Shown here: piece after piece, positions 22,601 through 34,600 of the stretch | How positions within the stretch are numbered: the first letter of the stretch is position 1 | Layout: each line of letters opens with the position of its first letter | Virus record (IMG/VR): IMGVR_UViG_2061766007_000145 | DNA from: an uncultured virus (IMG/VR IMGVR_UViG_2061766007_000145) | Taxonomy: Duplodnaviria > Heunggongvirae > Uroviricota > Caudoviricetes | Reading direction: 5' to 3' (one strand) | Length of the DNA stretch: 64,000 nt | Made by a program: the position numbers and the translations under genes | Notes under the pieces: model-generated | Seen by the model: only the letters and a program-made list of their open reading frames with translations | Database searches by the model: none | What the model was told of the DNA's origin: nothing

Positions 22601-25600
22601 CCGCTGTCGCAACGCCTGTAATAATTGCCAAACGGTCTTGCGTGTCGTAAACCCAGTCTAAATACGCGTTTACTCTGTGTTCACGCAAAGTTTGCGGATT
22701 TTCAATATACTCCAGATCGTCTGCATATTTCTCAATTCCTTCAAATATGTGAAGTGCGTTTTCGAGATACTCGTCTCCGCCGCTCTTTAAAGACTCAAGT
22801 TTTTCCTGAAGCTCTAACTCAAGATTATGCTTTACTACACTGTTAGTTTCTTTGTTTATTTTTTTACTATATTCTTCACGAAGCCTTTTGCTCTCAGTTT
22901 CAAATCTTTCTTGAAGTACTTTATAATTTTTAAGGTTTCTTTCAAACTCGCTCGATGCGGTTCTCTCGCCATTCACTATTTTGCCTATGCCGACCGCAGT
23001 ACTTTTGTCATAGTTGTAAGTGAACCCCTCAGACTGCATTTTGTTGTCAAAGATTCTGTATGCTTTATTCAGGTTTACGTTGTTTTTTGCTTTAAGTAGA
23101 TCGATGCTTCTTTGCAGCTCGTCGTTTTGCTTCTTTAACTTTTCAAGCTCGTTNNNNNNNNNNGCTTCCGGCATTTGACAAGGTATTCGGCGGCTGGTAA
23201 GTTTTTTATTATTTTTAAAGGAGTGATTGGATGCAAGGGCAGCTGGAAAAAAGAGAGAAAAGAGAGAGAGTCTATGTGAAAGTAACTTCCGATTTTGACG
23301 CGACAGGCTATATGCTGCCGCGCACAATCATATGGACGGACGGCCGCATATTCAGAATCGACGAGGTGAAGGACTTCCGTCCGGCGTGTACCTTCGGGAA
23401 CGGACGCACCGGCGACTGCTACACCGTAGTAATTGGCGGCGTAGAGAAGCACTTATTCTTTGAAAAAACAAGCGAACTGTTCGCCGCCCGCGTCGGCCGC
23501 TGGTATGTGGAGCGTCCGGTTATTCAGGAGCAATGGAGGAAAGCAAAATGCGCTACCAAATGAAGCTGCGGTCGCAACCCTTTGAGATGATACGTTCGGG
23601 GAAAAAGACCTTTGAACTGAGATTGTACGATGAAAAACGCCAGCAGATTAAGGTGGACGATGAGATTGAATTTTCCTGCGCTGACGCAGAAAAAGAGCCG
23701 TTTGTCGTGGTGGTGACCGGACTGCATTTGTTCAAGAAATTTGCGGAACTTTACGCTTCGCTGCCGCTGCTGCAATGCGGCTACACGGAAGAGAATGTGG
23801 ACAGGGCAAGTCCGGATGACATGAACCGCTATTACAGCGTGGAAGANNNNNNNNNNNNNNNNNNNNNNNNNNNNNNNNNNNNNNNNNNNNNNNNNNNNNN
23901 NNNNNNNNNNNNNNNNNNNNNNNNNNNNNNNNNNNNNNNNNNNNNNNNNNNNNNNNNNNNNNNNNNNNNTTGACCACCAATCTTGTGGTCGCCGATTCCT
24001 CACGAACCGAGAAAACCATCTGCCTTGCCGTTTCGCCTTCGCTGAAAGCCTATGGCATTCCGGGCAGGGCGCGGTTATTCGAGGTCATTCAGAAGGTCAG
24101 GGAGGTCAACCGGGAACGCCTGTCCGCCGGCATAAAAAGCGGGCATATCCGCAAGGGCGAGGACGGGCAGTATCGGTTTGTTTCCTCTTCCTTTGACGCG
24201 CCGACGCTGGCGGCAGACCCTTCGTTGGAACTCTCCTACTACGTCGCGCCGCCGCGCATGAAAATGTACGAGGAATACAGCACCCGGATTTATTCCATCT
24301 ATTTAAAGTACATCGCACCGGAGGACATTCACGTCTATTCGATAGACGAGGTGTTTATTGACGCGACCTGCTATCTTGATACCTACCGGCTGACCGCGCA
24401 CGAACTTGCCATGACGATGATCCGGGAGGTGCTTTACACCACCGGCATCACAGCGACCGCCGGCATCGGGACGAACCTGTACCTTGCGAAGGTGGCAATG
24501 GACATCGTCGCCAAGCACGTTCCGGCGGACAAGGACGGCGTGAGAATCGCTGAGCTGGACGAAATGAAATACCGGGAATTGCTGTGGTGTCACCGTCCGC
24601 TTACTGATTTCTGGCGCGTGGGCTACGGCTACAGCCGGAAGCTGGAAAAGCTCGGACTTTACACGATGGGCGACATCGCGCGGGCTTCGCTTGACAAATA
24701 CCAGGAGGCGAATCTCTACAGAATCTTCGGCATCAACGCGGAACTGCTGATCGATCACGCATGGGGCTGGGAACCGACCACCATGGAATACATCAAGGCA
24801 TACCGACCTTCCACTAATTCCCTGTCTTCCGGGCAGGTGCTGAAGGAGCCGTATGATTACGACAAAGGCCGGTTGATTGTGCGTGAAATGNNNNNNNNNN
24901 TGAGAAAGTATGTAGTCAAAGTGTTTCCACCCAACTTCACGAATCGTGTTCGTGTATTTTACCACCTCGGTTTCAGAATCCTGAATTGCTTCGGAGGCAC
25001 TATTGATAGCGCCCGTCAGTTCATACCATGCTTCAGAGCCTTCCTTAATATAGCCAGACCTCACTGCCTCATTCAGATATTTAGTCAGCTCGTCGCGTTC
25101 TTTTTTCTGAAGCGATAACCTCTTTTCGGCGTCTGTCCTGAGTTTCTCGTAGTGTGATTCATCAATGCTTCTTTGCAGCTCGTCGTTTTGCTTCTTTAAC
25201 TTTTCAAGCTCGTTNNNNNNNNNNCTCGATTTTTGAATTTTTTTCGCACTTTATTTTGCTGTGTATTATCTATATGCTGCAAATAAAAAAGCACAAGTTC
25301 CAGCTTTATTCTCTCGACATAAGGCTCAATAACGGTATCGTTTAAAATTGATAACATATGCTCATAATCGTCTGCATTTTTGTCTAATAACTGTCCTCTT
25401 TTGGTTGATNNNNNNNNNNTTCTTCTGTAAAAGTTAGCTTTTTCTTACTATTAAGCTCATCAATCCTATCTCCGGTAGATTTAAGCTCTCGTTCATCGAA
25501 GCAATCTTATCGTCGTTTTCTTTTATCTCAGATTTGAGAGAGTTCAATTCCTCGATTTGCTTCTCTTCGGCGTGAATAAGGTTGTCGAGTAAGGTGATAA

Positions 25601-28600
25601 TACCCTGTATCGCAAGGGAGATGCCAAATGAGAGGGCTACATTGAATGCGATAGTTGCAGCAGTGGCGGCTNNNNNNNNNNGTCGTTCATCGAAGCAATC
25701 TTATCGTCGTTTTCTTTTATCTCGGACTTGAGAGAATTCAATTTATCGATTTGCTTTTCTTCGGCGTGAATAAGGTTGTCAAACAAGGTGATAATACCCT
25801 GTATCGCAAGGGAGATGCCAAATGATAGGGCTATGTTAAATGCCATGGTCGCAGCGGTTGCGGCTATCGTTGAAGCTGTAGAGGTTTTTACCATTGAGTT
25901 TAAATCCCCAAGCTCTACCTTACCTTGTTTAACAGACACCGCCATTCTTTTTCCGGCGGCGCTGGCATTAACCATTGTCTCGCCCCATGCTTTACCGACA
26001 GGAATGCCGGACTTAATTTTATTGATAAAATCCGTGATATATCCAACATCGTTCTTTGTTATCCCCTTTCCAAAGAGCGAGTAAGACAACCCTTGTTTTG
26101 TTCCAATATCCCTGCTAATATCGCCAAACGATTTACCAAACAGACCAAAATTATTAGTTAAATAGTTACCACTATACTTATCTCCGTATTTGCTACCAAT
26201 TTTATTACTTAGATTTATAGTTTTGGTGAGGATCAGACTGTATCAAAATTGCTTGAAAATCTTGACATGTAAATATTTTCAGTATATAATCAAAATGATA
26301 ACAAATAGCAAATAAGATTTGGAAGTGTAAACGTGAAGCCAAAACAGTACAATGCGTATAACGCGTCTGGAAACAAAATTGAAAAGCTAAATAAATACTG
26401 CCCCAAGTGTGCTAAGTATTACGTCGTATCAGATTACATGTCTAAATGTCAGGTTTGCAAAACCCCTTTTGCCCATGCAAAACCAGTTGAACAACCCAAC
26501 ACTCCCCATTGCCCCACCTGTGGTTCAACCAACCTAAGAAAAATTGGTAACTTAGAGAGAGGTCTTTCTGTGACGGTCTGGGGATTCGGGTCGTCAAAGA
26601 TGGGGAAGCAATTTGAATGCAAGGATTGCGGGTATAAGTTTTGAGATAAGGAGCAACATATGTCGTTAGAAAGAATTAGAGATGTTTTCAACGCAATAGC
26701 CGACACGTCAAATCGTTCATGGAAACTATGTCTTCTCAGGTTTAATCAGACAAAACGGAATGGTACGTCGTATTTTACTCGGACGATTCGACTCGAACCA
26801 GAAGGGGCATTGACAGATTTTGTTTCCGGGTTGGCGGACGTGTATATTGGCGGTAATAATCCGAAACTTAACATGTATGAAGCATTAAGAAATTATGATG
26901 GATCAGTGGTCGGAAATTATATTTACAAAGTTGATTTCACCCAGCTTCAGATTCAAGATGTACTCGAAAAGTTTACGACTGTCATTGAAAACCCGGATAC
27001 AGAAATTAAGATTTCAGATACCAAGTTTAATGCTTATGTTATTTCCGGAGCCATCAACCAAGACGGTGATCACGAACAATCTGTCGCACTCGTCACTCTA
27101 AGGGCTCCTCTGTCAATACTTAAAAATAAGTTTTGGTTTTCGGAGGGAAGATTTGTAAAATCAGAAAAGGATATACTTACTCTGTCTCCGTTTGTAAATG
27201 TCGTGATCGTAGACGAAGACGTTTATTTCTTGGATTTAAATGCAGAGAGCCTGTTTGGATTTGAGCGTACATATAAGGATATTTGTGCGAAAACTTCTCA
27301 GGAAATTGCAGAGTTAAATATCGTTTCAGACGCGGAGCAGTTTACGGAGTTTGCAAATAAAGGTCATAATCCAAGACGCTTCCTATCCTTGAAGAAAGAA
27401 AACATTACCTATATTCAAAACGCCGACAACCTGATCTATATATCAGAAACATTTAGGATTAAGCTATCTGATAATAAGGTGGATGCCAGCGATGAGAAGA
27501 GTGTGGAAAACTTTATTAAGTTTATTTGCGGCAAGGCGATGATAAACCCGGTAGATGGTAGCCCGAGAGAAGTTCCATCATCCTATGATTGGACGTAATC
27601 AAATAGGAGCTGGGCGTCATTGTTAATTTGATACGCTGTCACTTCTGCTCCGATATTAGCCTCAAGGTCTTTTTGCTTAGTTGCGACTAAAAACAAATGT
27701 CCGTTTGCGTCTTCATCAAATCTGCATTTATAGTAATTGTAGCCTACAATCATAAGAGCAGCATTTGGAAAAACAATATTGTTCCTTATGCAAATAATCA
27801 TTATCGGAATAAAGAACAGCAGAAATGATATAACTCCATCGTACTGAGTAAAATTAAATGCACAAAGGGGAAGGGCAAAGCTGAAGATAAAAGTGGGCAA
27901 AATGTCCTTATCTTTTTCTGCGAAACAGACGATTCTTTTATGGCTATCAAACTTTTTAAAATGCCGAATCTCTAAGAACGTATCGGTCAGGCTTAATAAT
28001 ATCAGAATTGAGATTATCGGAATACTGATGGTTTCAATAAAAATATTGCTGTTGCTTTGATAAATACTAACTGCGTCCATATATATTATTACAAGCCACA
28101 ACGGAATAAAAGATGAAAAGAACAAGCTCGGTTTGAACAATATCGTCATTTTGATCGCCTCCTCTTGTTATTATTATATGCTAATTATAACATGATATTC
28201 TCAAAAATGCAACATGCATATTGTACAATATTTCTTTGATTATTATGCTTACGTTTTCAGTGTCCCATCTTCGGACTGTGGCATGAAATCTCAGCCAACA
28301 CAAAATTTTAGCGATACATCTCATCACCCATGTATCAAGGGTCAAGCATGTGTGATAAAGTGAGAGATGAGTTCACACTTTTGCTACCGTCACACTCAGT
28401 TAGTCCCGAGCGCATCTTATCACAGCATCGTTCCGTATAACTGTGATCACCTGTTGTCGCTACTGTGAGGGCTTACCCTATAAGGGTTTATCCCTGCNNN
28501 NNNNNNNCTTATAAACTCTACGGGAATAAATATTTGATACATCTCATCACCCATGTATCAAGGGTCAAGCATGTGTGATAAAGTACAAGATGAGTCTGCA

Positions 28601-31600
28601 CTTTTGCTACCGTCACACTCAGTTAGTCCCGAGCGCATATTATCGTGACATCGTTTCATATAATCACGACCACCTGTTGTCGCTACTGTGAGGGCTTACC
28701 CCATAAGGGTCTATCCCTGCNNNNNNNNNNACCGTCATAGCGTCCTTTCGGCACTATTGTGGTGTAGGGCTTTAGGAGTTACCTGCAATTAGATGTATTA
28801 TTTTACGCACATTTCTGTACGTACTGGNNNNNNNNNNGAACCATCAGAGCGCAGTTCTGTTACGACTCTTTCTTCGTTGCCGAATCAGAGGAGTGACTGC
28901 GGTGTACTGACTTCCTCGCATATTGAGGTGTTTAAACTGCTGTATCTCAGCAGCCGTAATATCTAAACTGCTCGTATCCGAGCAGAACTGTTATTACTGT
29001 CGGCACATTCACCTTTAGCGTGAGAGAAAACATTTTATCCCTACCGACGTTATTTTTTGTAGCGATTAATCCGGTCGCTACACCGACCAATGCGGCAAGT
29101 CCTATCCTGAGTTTTGCTACGGCGTTTACCGCACTGAGAATACCAGAGCCGAGATCAACGAAAAACTTAATCATTCCGCTTTGCATTATGTTTGCAGAGA
29201 GTTCTTGGAAAGTAGCGCTGAATTGTTTGATGTGATATTCAGTGCTCTTTTCATATTGTGAATAAGCTTTGTCGAGTTCTCCGGCGCTGTTTGCCATAGC
29301 GTCCATTGCACCAGAGGCTTCTTTGAAGCCGTTTATCATGCTAAAAAATATTGATTGCTGACGAGTCAAAAATATTTAGTTGGGTCATAACTCCAACTCA
29401 AGCTAATATGCCTGCTCATGCTTTCGCATGAGGTTAGACCATTTCTTCACCCACAGCCCTACTGTTTGGGGCACACCTTTTCCGATTAAGGGAATCTCAC
29501 CCGCGCCTTTATTTGCGCCGTACTTCTGTTGGCATTTCTGCCCTACGGAATGGTCGTTGAACATTACGCATATTACCGGAGTAACTTAGCGTCTTTGCTG
29601 CATGATCATCCATTGTCGCTGAACTTAGGCGTTTCCACCATATTCAATCCCTACGTTGTTTCTGCTTTTCGCGCCGTCATAGCGTCCTTTCGGCACTATT
29701 GTGGTGTAGGGCTTTAGGGGTTACCTGCAATTAGATGTATTATTTTACGCACATTTCTGTACGTACTGGCACGTATGTTTACCAGACAATGTTTCAGCAA
29801 GAGCAGCCTGTTCCATACTGCTCATGTTATCCCACTCTTTAGCAATATCCGCTACGATGTCGTAAGTGCTTCTGAACTCATTGTTTGCGTCAGTAAGCCT
29901 GACGTTGTGATTTGATAAACTTTGAACGAGTTTGTCGTATTCGGCATTAGTCATCGACTCGCCGAGTTCGTCAAGCTCTGTTTTTGTATTGCGGATNNNN
30001 NNNNNNTTGCTCCATGCTACTCATGTTATCCCATTCTTTAGCAATGTCAGCTACGATGTCGTAGGTGCTTCTGAACTCATTATTTGCGTCAGTAAGTTTG
30101 ACGTTGTGATTTGATAGGCTTTGAACGAGTTTGTCGTATTCAGCTTTAGTCATAGACTCGCCGAGTTCGTCAAGCTCTGTTTTTGTGTTGCGGATTCTTG
30201 CTGCGATTGTTCGCAGACCGGTTGAAGATTTTGCGGCATTTTGTCAATCTGTTACTTTCGGTTGAACCTACTGACCGCCTGTGGCGGCGGGGAGGAATTT
30301 CTTCCCCCCTCTGCAATTTCATTATTGACATATATTTGCAGTTCAGACCATACCTTCGTCCTGATTAATAGGATGGTAGCATACGCGCATAGTTACCTAT
30401 GACGCTGTGGTCGTTACGGGATTTGTTATATAACAATCTTACCCTCGGGGTTGTCCTTGCCATAGGAGTTTCACCGATTTGAGCTACTTTATTTCATGCG
30501 TATTACTACGCAGCACGACATAAATTTATCGTGGTGTTTGCCGCTGTGAGCAATGCAACCGACTGCTCGAATGAGTTTCCGGCAGCAGCCAAGGCTGATG
30601 AAGCGTTAGTCATACCTTCTGAAATCTGGCTGACGTTGATTGGGAAGTTATTCAGTCTGTTACTTTTGTGACCATAATCAAATATGGCGGGTAGGAGTTT
30701 CTTCCTACCTCTCGCGCTTATTTGGCTTATACGCGAGTTCGGACTGTATATTCACCTCTATTTAGAGGGATAGGCTGAGTGAGCAATATTACTATTATTC
30801 ACATGACAGTCTCTCGGGATAAATAATATTTGCAATTTTATTTTTTTATTTGATCTTCGGTGTTGTTATAATCTATTTCTATAAGTGGAATGTTATTAAT
30901 CCTACAAAACTCTCTCTTCCCTTTGTCAAGCTCTATTCGTCTTGCATACTCGTCTTGCCCACCGAATGGTACAATTGGGCTAAAGTGTTGTTCTCCCTGA
31001 TATTCAATAGCCGCATTATATTCTGGAAGAAAGAAGTCAAATCTTTGATTAGCGCCAATAATATCATTTAAAAATGGCAACTCTTCAATGGAATCCAGTC
31101 CAAGACTATTTAATAGATTGGCAATCCGGGTTTCGCCGGACGAGCGTCTAATACATCCACACGATTTAATTTTTCCGTTTAGGACAGACGCAGGCAAAGC
31201 CACAAATTGCGTGCCGCACTTTCCACACTGACATAACCACATCCACGTTCCTTTTGTATTTTTGTACTCTCTCCGAAGAAATTTAACACCATACATGGAC
31301 GTTACACCTGAGAAATCTTTTGTTAGGGCTTTACTTGCCCTTTCTTTTTGGAGGCACCCACATGATTGCGTATCTCCTGTTGTGAGATATGTGATTGGCT
31401 TTATTACCGTATTTCCACAATCACATATACATTCAGCTTTGCTCATTTGATTTGGTTCGCAAATCATTTTTGTTACGACAAGTCTACCGAATCTTCGCCC
31501 GGTAAGGTCTTTTCTGAGTCCGTTAGCTTGAATAGTTTTATAGTATTTTTCCATACACCCACAATGAGCGGGATTTATCGAATGAAGAATCCTGTACGTA

Positions 31601-34600
31601 GGTTTAATACATTCGTTACCACACTCACAAATACATCTTACGTAACTCTCTCCAGAGTTGCCATAACCATATAACATCTCTATAACGGTTAGATGCCCAA
31701 TCTTTTCGCCTGTATAATCCTTTCTTCTCGTTTTAATCCTCCTATTTTGCAAATATTAAATCTTTCCACGGTCTCTGAGGCAATCATCCCAAACCTCCTT
31801 TGACCGTTATAGCCTATTACTTTAACATATGTCGCCATATGTTTGGGCAATTTGTTTACCCACTGTTATCAGTTTGTCCATTACCTTATCGATCTGCATC
31901 GGGTCAATATCGAATGCTTTGATAATAGAGGTAACAGCATCCTGTGCGTCAGAAACATCAATCTCACCAAGCGCTTGTAACTTCGCTGTATACTCAGCCA
32001 TCCATTCGGACTCTTCCATCGTTTGGCCGAGTCTTGCATAAGTGGTTGCGCTACTGACAAAATCAGTTATGTCTGAGCCGACACGTTTTGCAGCCTTGGC
32101 AGCACTGTCAGAAAAAGCTCTCATCTCTGAATCGCTTGCCTTGGTGACAATCTGCATCTGAGTTAGAGCGGAATTAAGCTCAACAGACGCAGACACCATT
32201 TTCTTTATTGAGCGAATGGTGTACATTATCACCTGAGTGATAGTGAACCACGAACTGAACTTCTGCACCAAGTTGCCTATTTTGGCTGAGAATTTTTCTG
32301 TAGCATTGCCGTTCCGTACAAGTGTAGCCTCAGTTTCTTTGAGCGTACTATTGACAGAAGAGGTAGCACCTTTCAGATTCCGCAAGGATTCGGCATCTTT
32401 GTTCGCTCCGCTTGCAGCAGCTTTGAGCTGATCGACCTCTCTTTTAAGAGCAGCGTAAGCCTCTCGGCTTTCCGTATTATGACTATGTTCTGCGGCAGAC
32501 CAATTCCTCAGAGCTTTCTCGCCACTGAGTATGGCAGAATTTGCGGCATTCTGAATTGATTCACGGTTCTTTAGGATGGCGGCTTCTTCTTTGGCAGCGA
32601 CGCCGGATTGACTTGCCGCCGCCTTAAACTCTGACATTAATCGGTTAAGTTCGGATAAAGCTGTCGCTCCGTTTTTGCCCATCGACGATAGAGCCACTTC
32701 AAGTGTTTGGCTTCCTTTTGCACAATCTTGCAATTTGGGAGACAGCTTGTCGATATAGTCACTAAGTGCTTTATAGGAACCGCTCTCGTTTAGAGCACTG
32801 TTACTGTTAAGCAAATTTCTCGCAGCAGACACTCTATTTGTCAAGGTGTCAAGTGGAGTACCCATTAAACCTTTTTCGGTTAGCGAACCCTTCATTGTAT
32901 TTACGACACCGTTAATTTCGTTTATTAGATTATTGACGCCTTTTATTCCTTCGCTACCCGACGACGATAATATTGCTTTTAGCTTCCCGGCATCACTGTC
33001 GCACGTTTTAAGCTGGACGTCGAGTTTTGAAAGCAACGTAAGCAGCTTGTCGTACGGCTCAGATATATTTTTTGCTTCGGCATTTTTGTTTAAGAACGCA
33101 TGTGTATTAGCCGACGTCTTTTCTATATCCTGTAATAACTTCTGATATGTCTTAGCATCGTCTATGCTCTTTGTGACACGGTCGGTTGTTGTAATATTCC
33201 AAAATTGGTTCCCGTCATTATCAATAGTGCTTTTATAATTGAAAGTGGTTTGCAAGGCGGTGTTCATCTTGTCAAAAGAGTCAACAACAACTTTTGCCGA
33301 CTTGACAGTGCCATCTCCAAGTTTGTCCACGGTGAGAGATAGCTTCGATACTTCGCCGGTTGCCTCAACCATGTCTTTTGCAATCTTATCGGCAAAATTT
33401 TCCTCTACGCCTTTACCGACTAAGACGCTTTTTAATTCGGCAGCTTTTGATATTGGTGTATCAAAATTAATCGTATCAAACGATTCTTTAACAGTCTGCG
33501 CTGCTCCACGCACAGCCTCTCCTGTTTTATCTGCTCCAGCAGAAGCACTATCGAGAATTGCTTTAAACTTAGCTTCCTCCGCAGTCGCAGCCGCAACCTG
33601 CGCAGTCTCTTCAGAGATTTGCTGTCTAACTTGATTAATTGATGTTGTGTCAACACCTATCCGGGCTTGACTCATCGTATCAAGCTTCGCAAGAAACTCA
33701 GATATAGTTTGAGTTGCCGATGTCATAGCCGACACGAAAGAATTAACCGACTGTCCATTCTCACCAAGAGACTGAACCGTAGCAATGACCTTGTTGATGG
33801 ATTCGTTAATAGCATCTAACTGAGCGGTAAGTTTCTCTGGCTCAATGCCAGAGCTAAAAATCCCCTTCATTTTTTGAGCGGCAGTTTCAAACTCAGCCTC
33901 ACCGGTCATAATCTTCTGAACTTGAGATTTAAGTTCGTCCGCTGTGTGCCCAAACGAAGAAGTCGTAGCAGAAATATCTATCCCTTTAATAGAAGACGCA
34001 TCTCTGAGAACTTGGATATATTGCCTCAATGCGTCTGCTTTCATATACAAATCGGTTTTTGAGTTAATCGGGGTATCTTTGACCTCAAGCATACTTAAGA
34101 TGTTTTTGCCTTGAAGAGCCTTTAATCCTTCTCCCTCAATTACTTTAGAAAAAGCAACGGAGCCGTGGACAGATTGTTTTGTAACGCTCTGGTAGTATTT
34201 TGAAAGCGCCGTCTCAATAGCTTTTGCCTGCTCTTCCAGTTCATGTATGTATTGGGTCGCAGCGGTTCTTCTCGCTGATACGTTACCGCTTCCCATATTA
34301 AATCCGATGTTAACTCCACTAAACCCGCTCATCGCCGTCTGTAACGAAGTAATCTCTGATTTCAGCCCTTCGATAACCGGAGTCACCTGCTGCAAGTCAT
34401 TTACAATATTACCAGCGCCGGAGTTAGAAGCAAGCTTTCTGAACTCGTCCGATAGTGTTTTTATATTTGTGCTTGCTTTCTTTATTGACTCGCTCAGTGT
34501 ACCGCTTGCTTTAATAATATTACCGAACTCACTGCCAGCCTTTATCTCTATCTTCTGACCATTTAACGCGGCTATCTGATCTTTGATGGATGTTAGTTGG

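Larger units (their letters stand above)
26234..29042 (-). mobile_element. Group I intron 4 of the TMP gene, carrying about 2 kb of cargo genes
   Basis: P1: exon GUCGGU| pairs with GCCGAC (about 28998-29003), U-G at the splice site. P-like AAUAUGCGAGGAA at about 28913-28925, R CUCGGGACUAA at 28400-28410, S-like CACAGUCC at 28273-28280. P9.0 AGAUG pairs with CAgUCU before the omega-G at 26234. P10: exon UCACC pairs with GGUGA. The TMP frame is open from 26233. The interior contains assembly gaps and duplicates. Confidence 0.75.

Noticed and set aside
23164..24890. umuC/ASCH cassette as a second cargo insertion in the TMP
   Set aside because: Flanked by N-gaps on both sides, higher GC, no intron elements nearby, and the TMP sequence either side joins directly (…TFTEE / NELEKLKK…). 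Most likely mis-scaffolded; it would need spanning reads.
25225..25389. Orphan AT-rich coding-like fragment (possible alternative intron cargo from the second strain)
   Set aside because: Only about 165 nt between two gaps; origin cannot be established.
19538..25681. Scattered TMP fragments and frameshifts suggesting a pseudogene
   Set aside because: The pieces duplicate sequence at 17.0-19.5 kb, 23.1 kb and 25.7 kb and abut N-gaps; scaffolding artefacts.
28731..28827. Intron-3-like sequence nested in intron 4 (twintron)
   Set aside because: Near-identical to 29673-29769 and isolated by N-gaps; a misplaced allele of intron 3.
29941..30195. Internal repeat in TMP exon 3
   Set aside because: Two alleles of the same ~190 nt separated by a 10-N gap.
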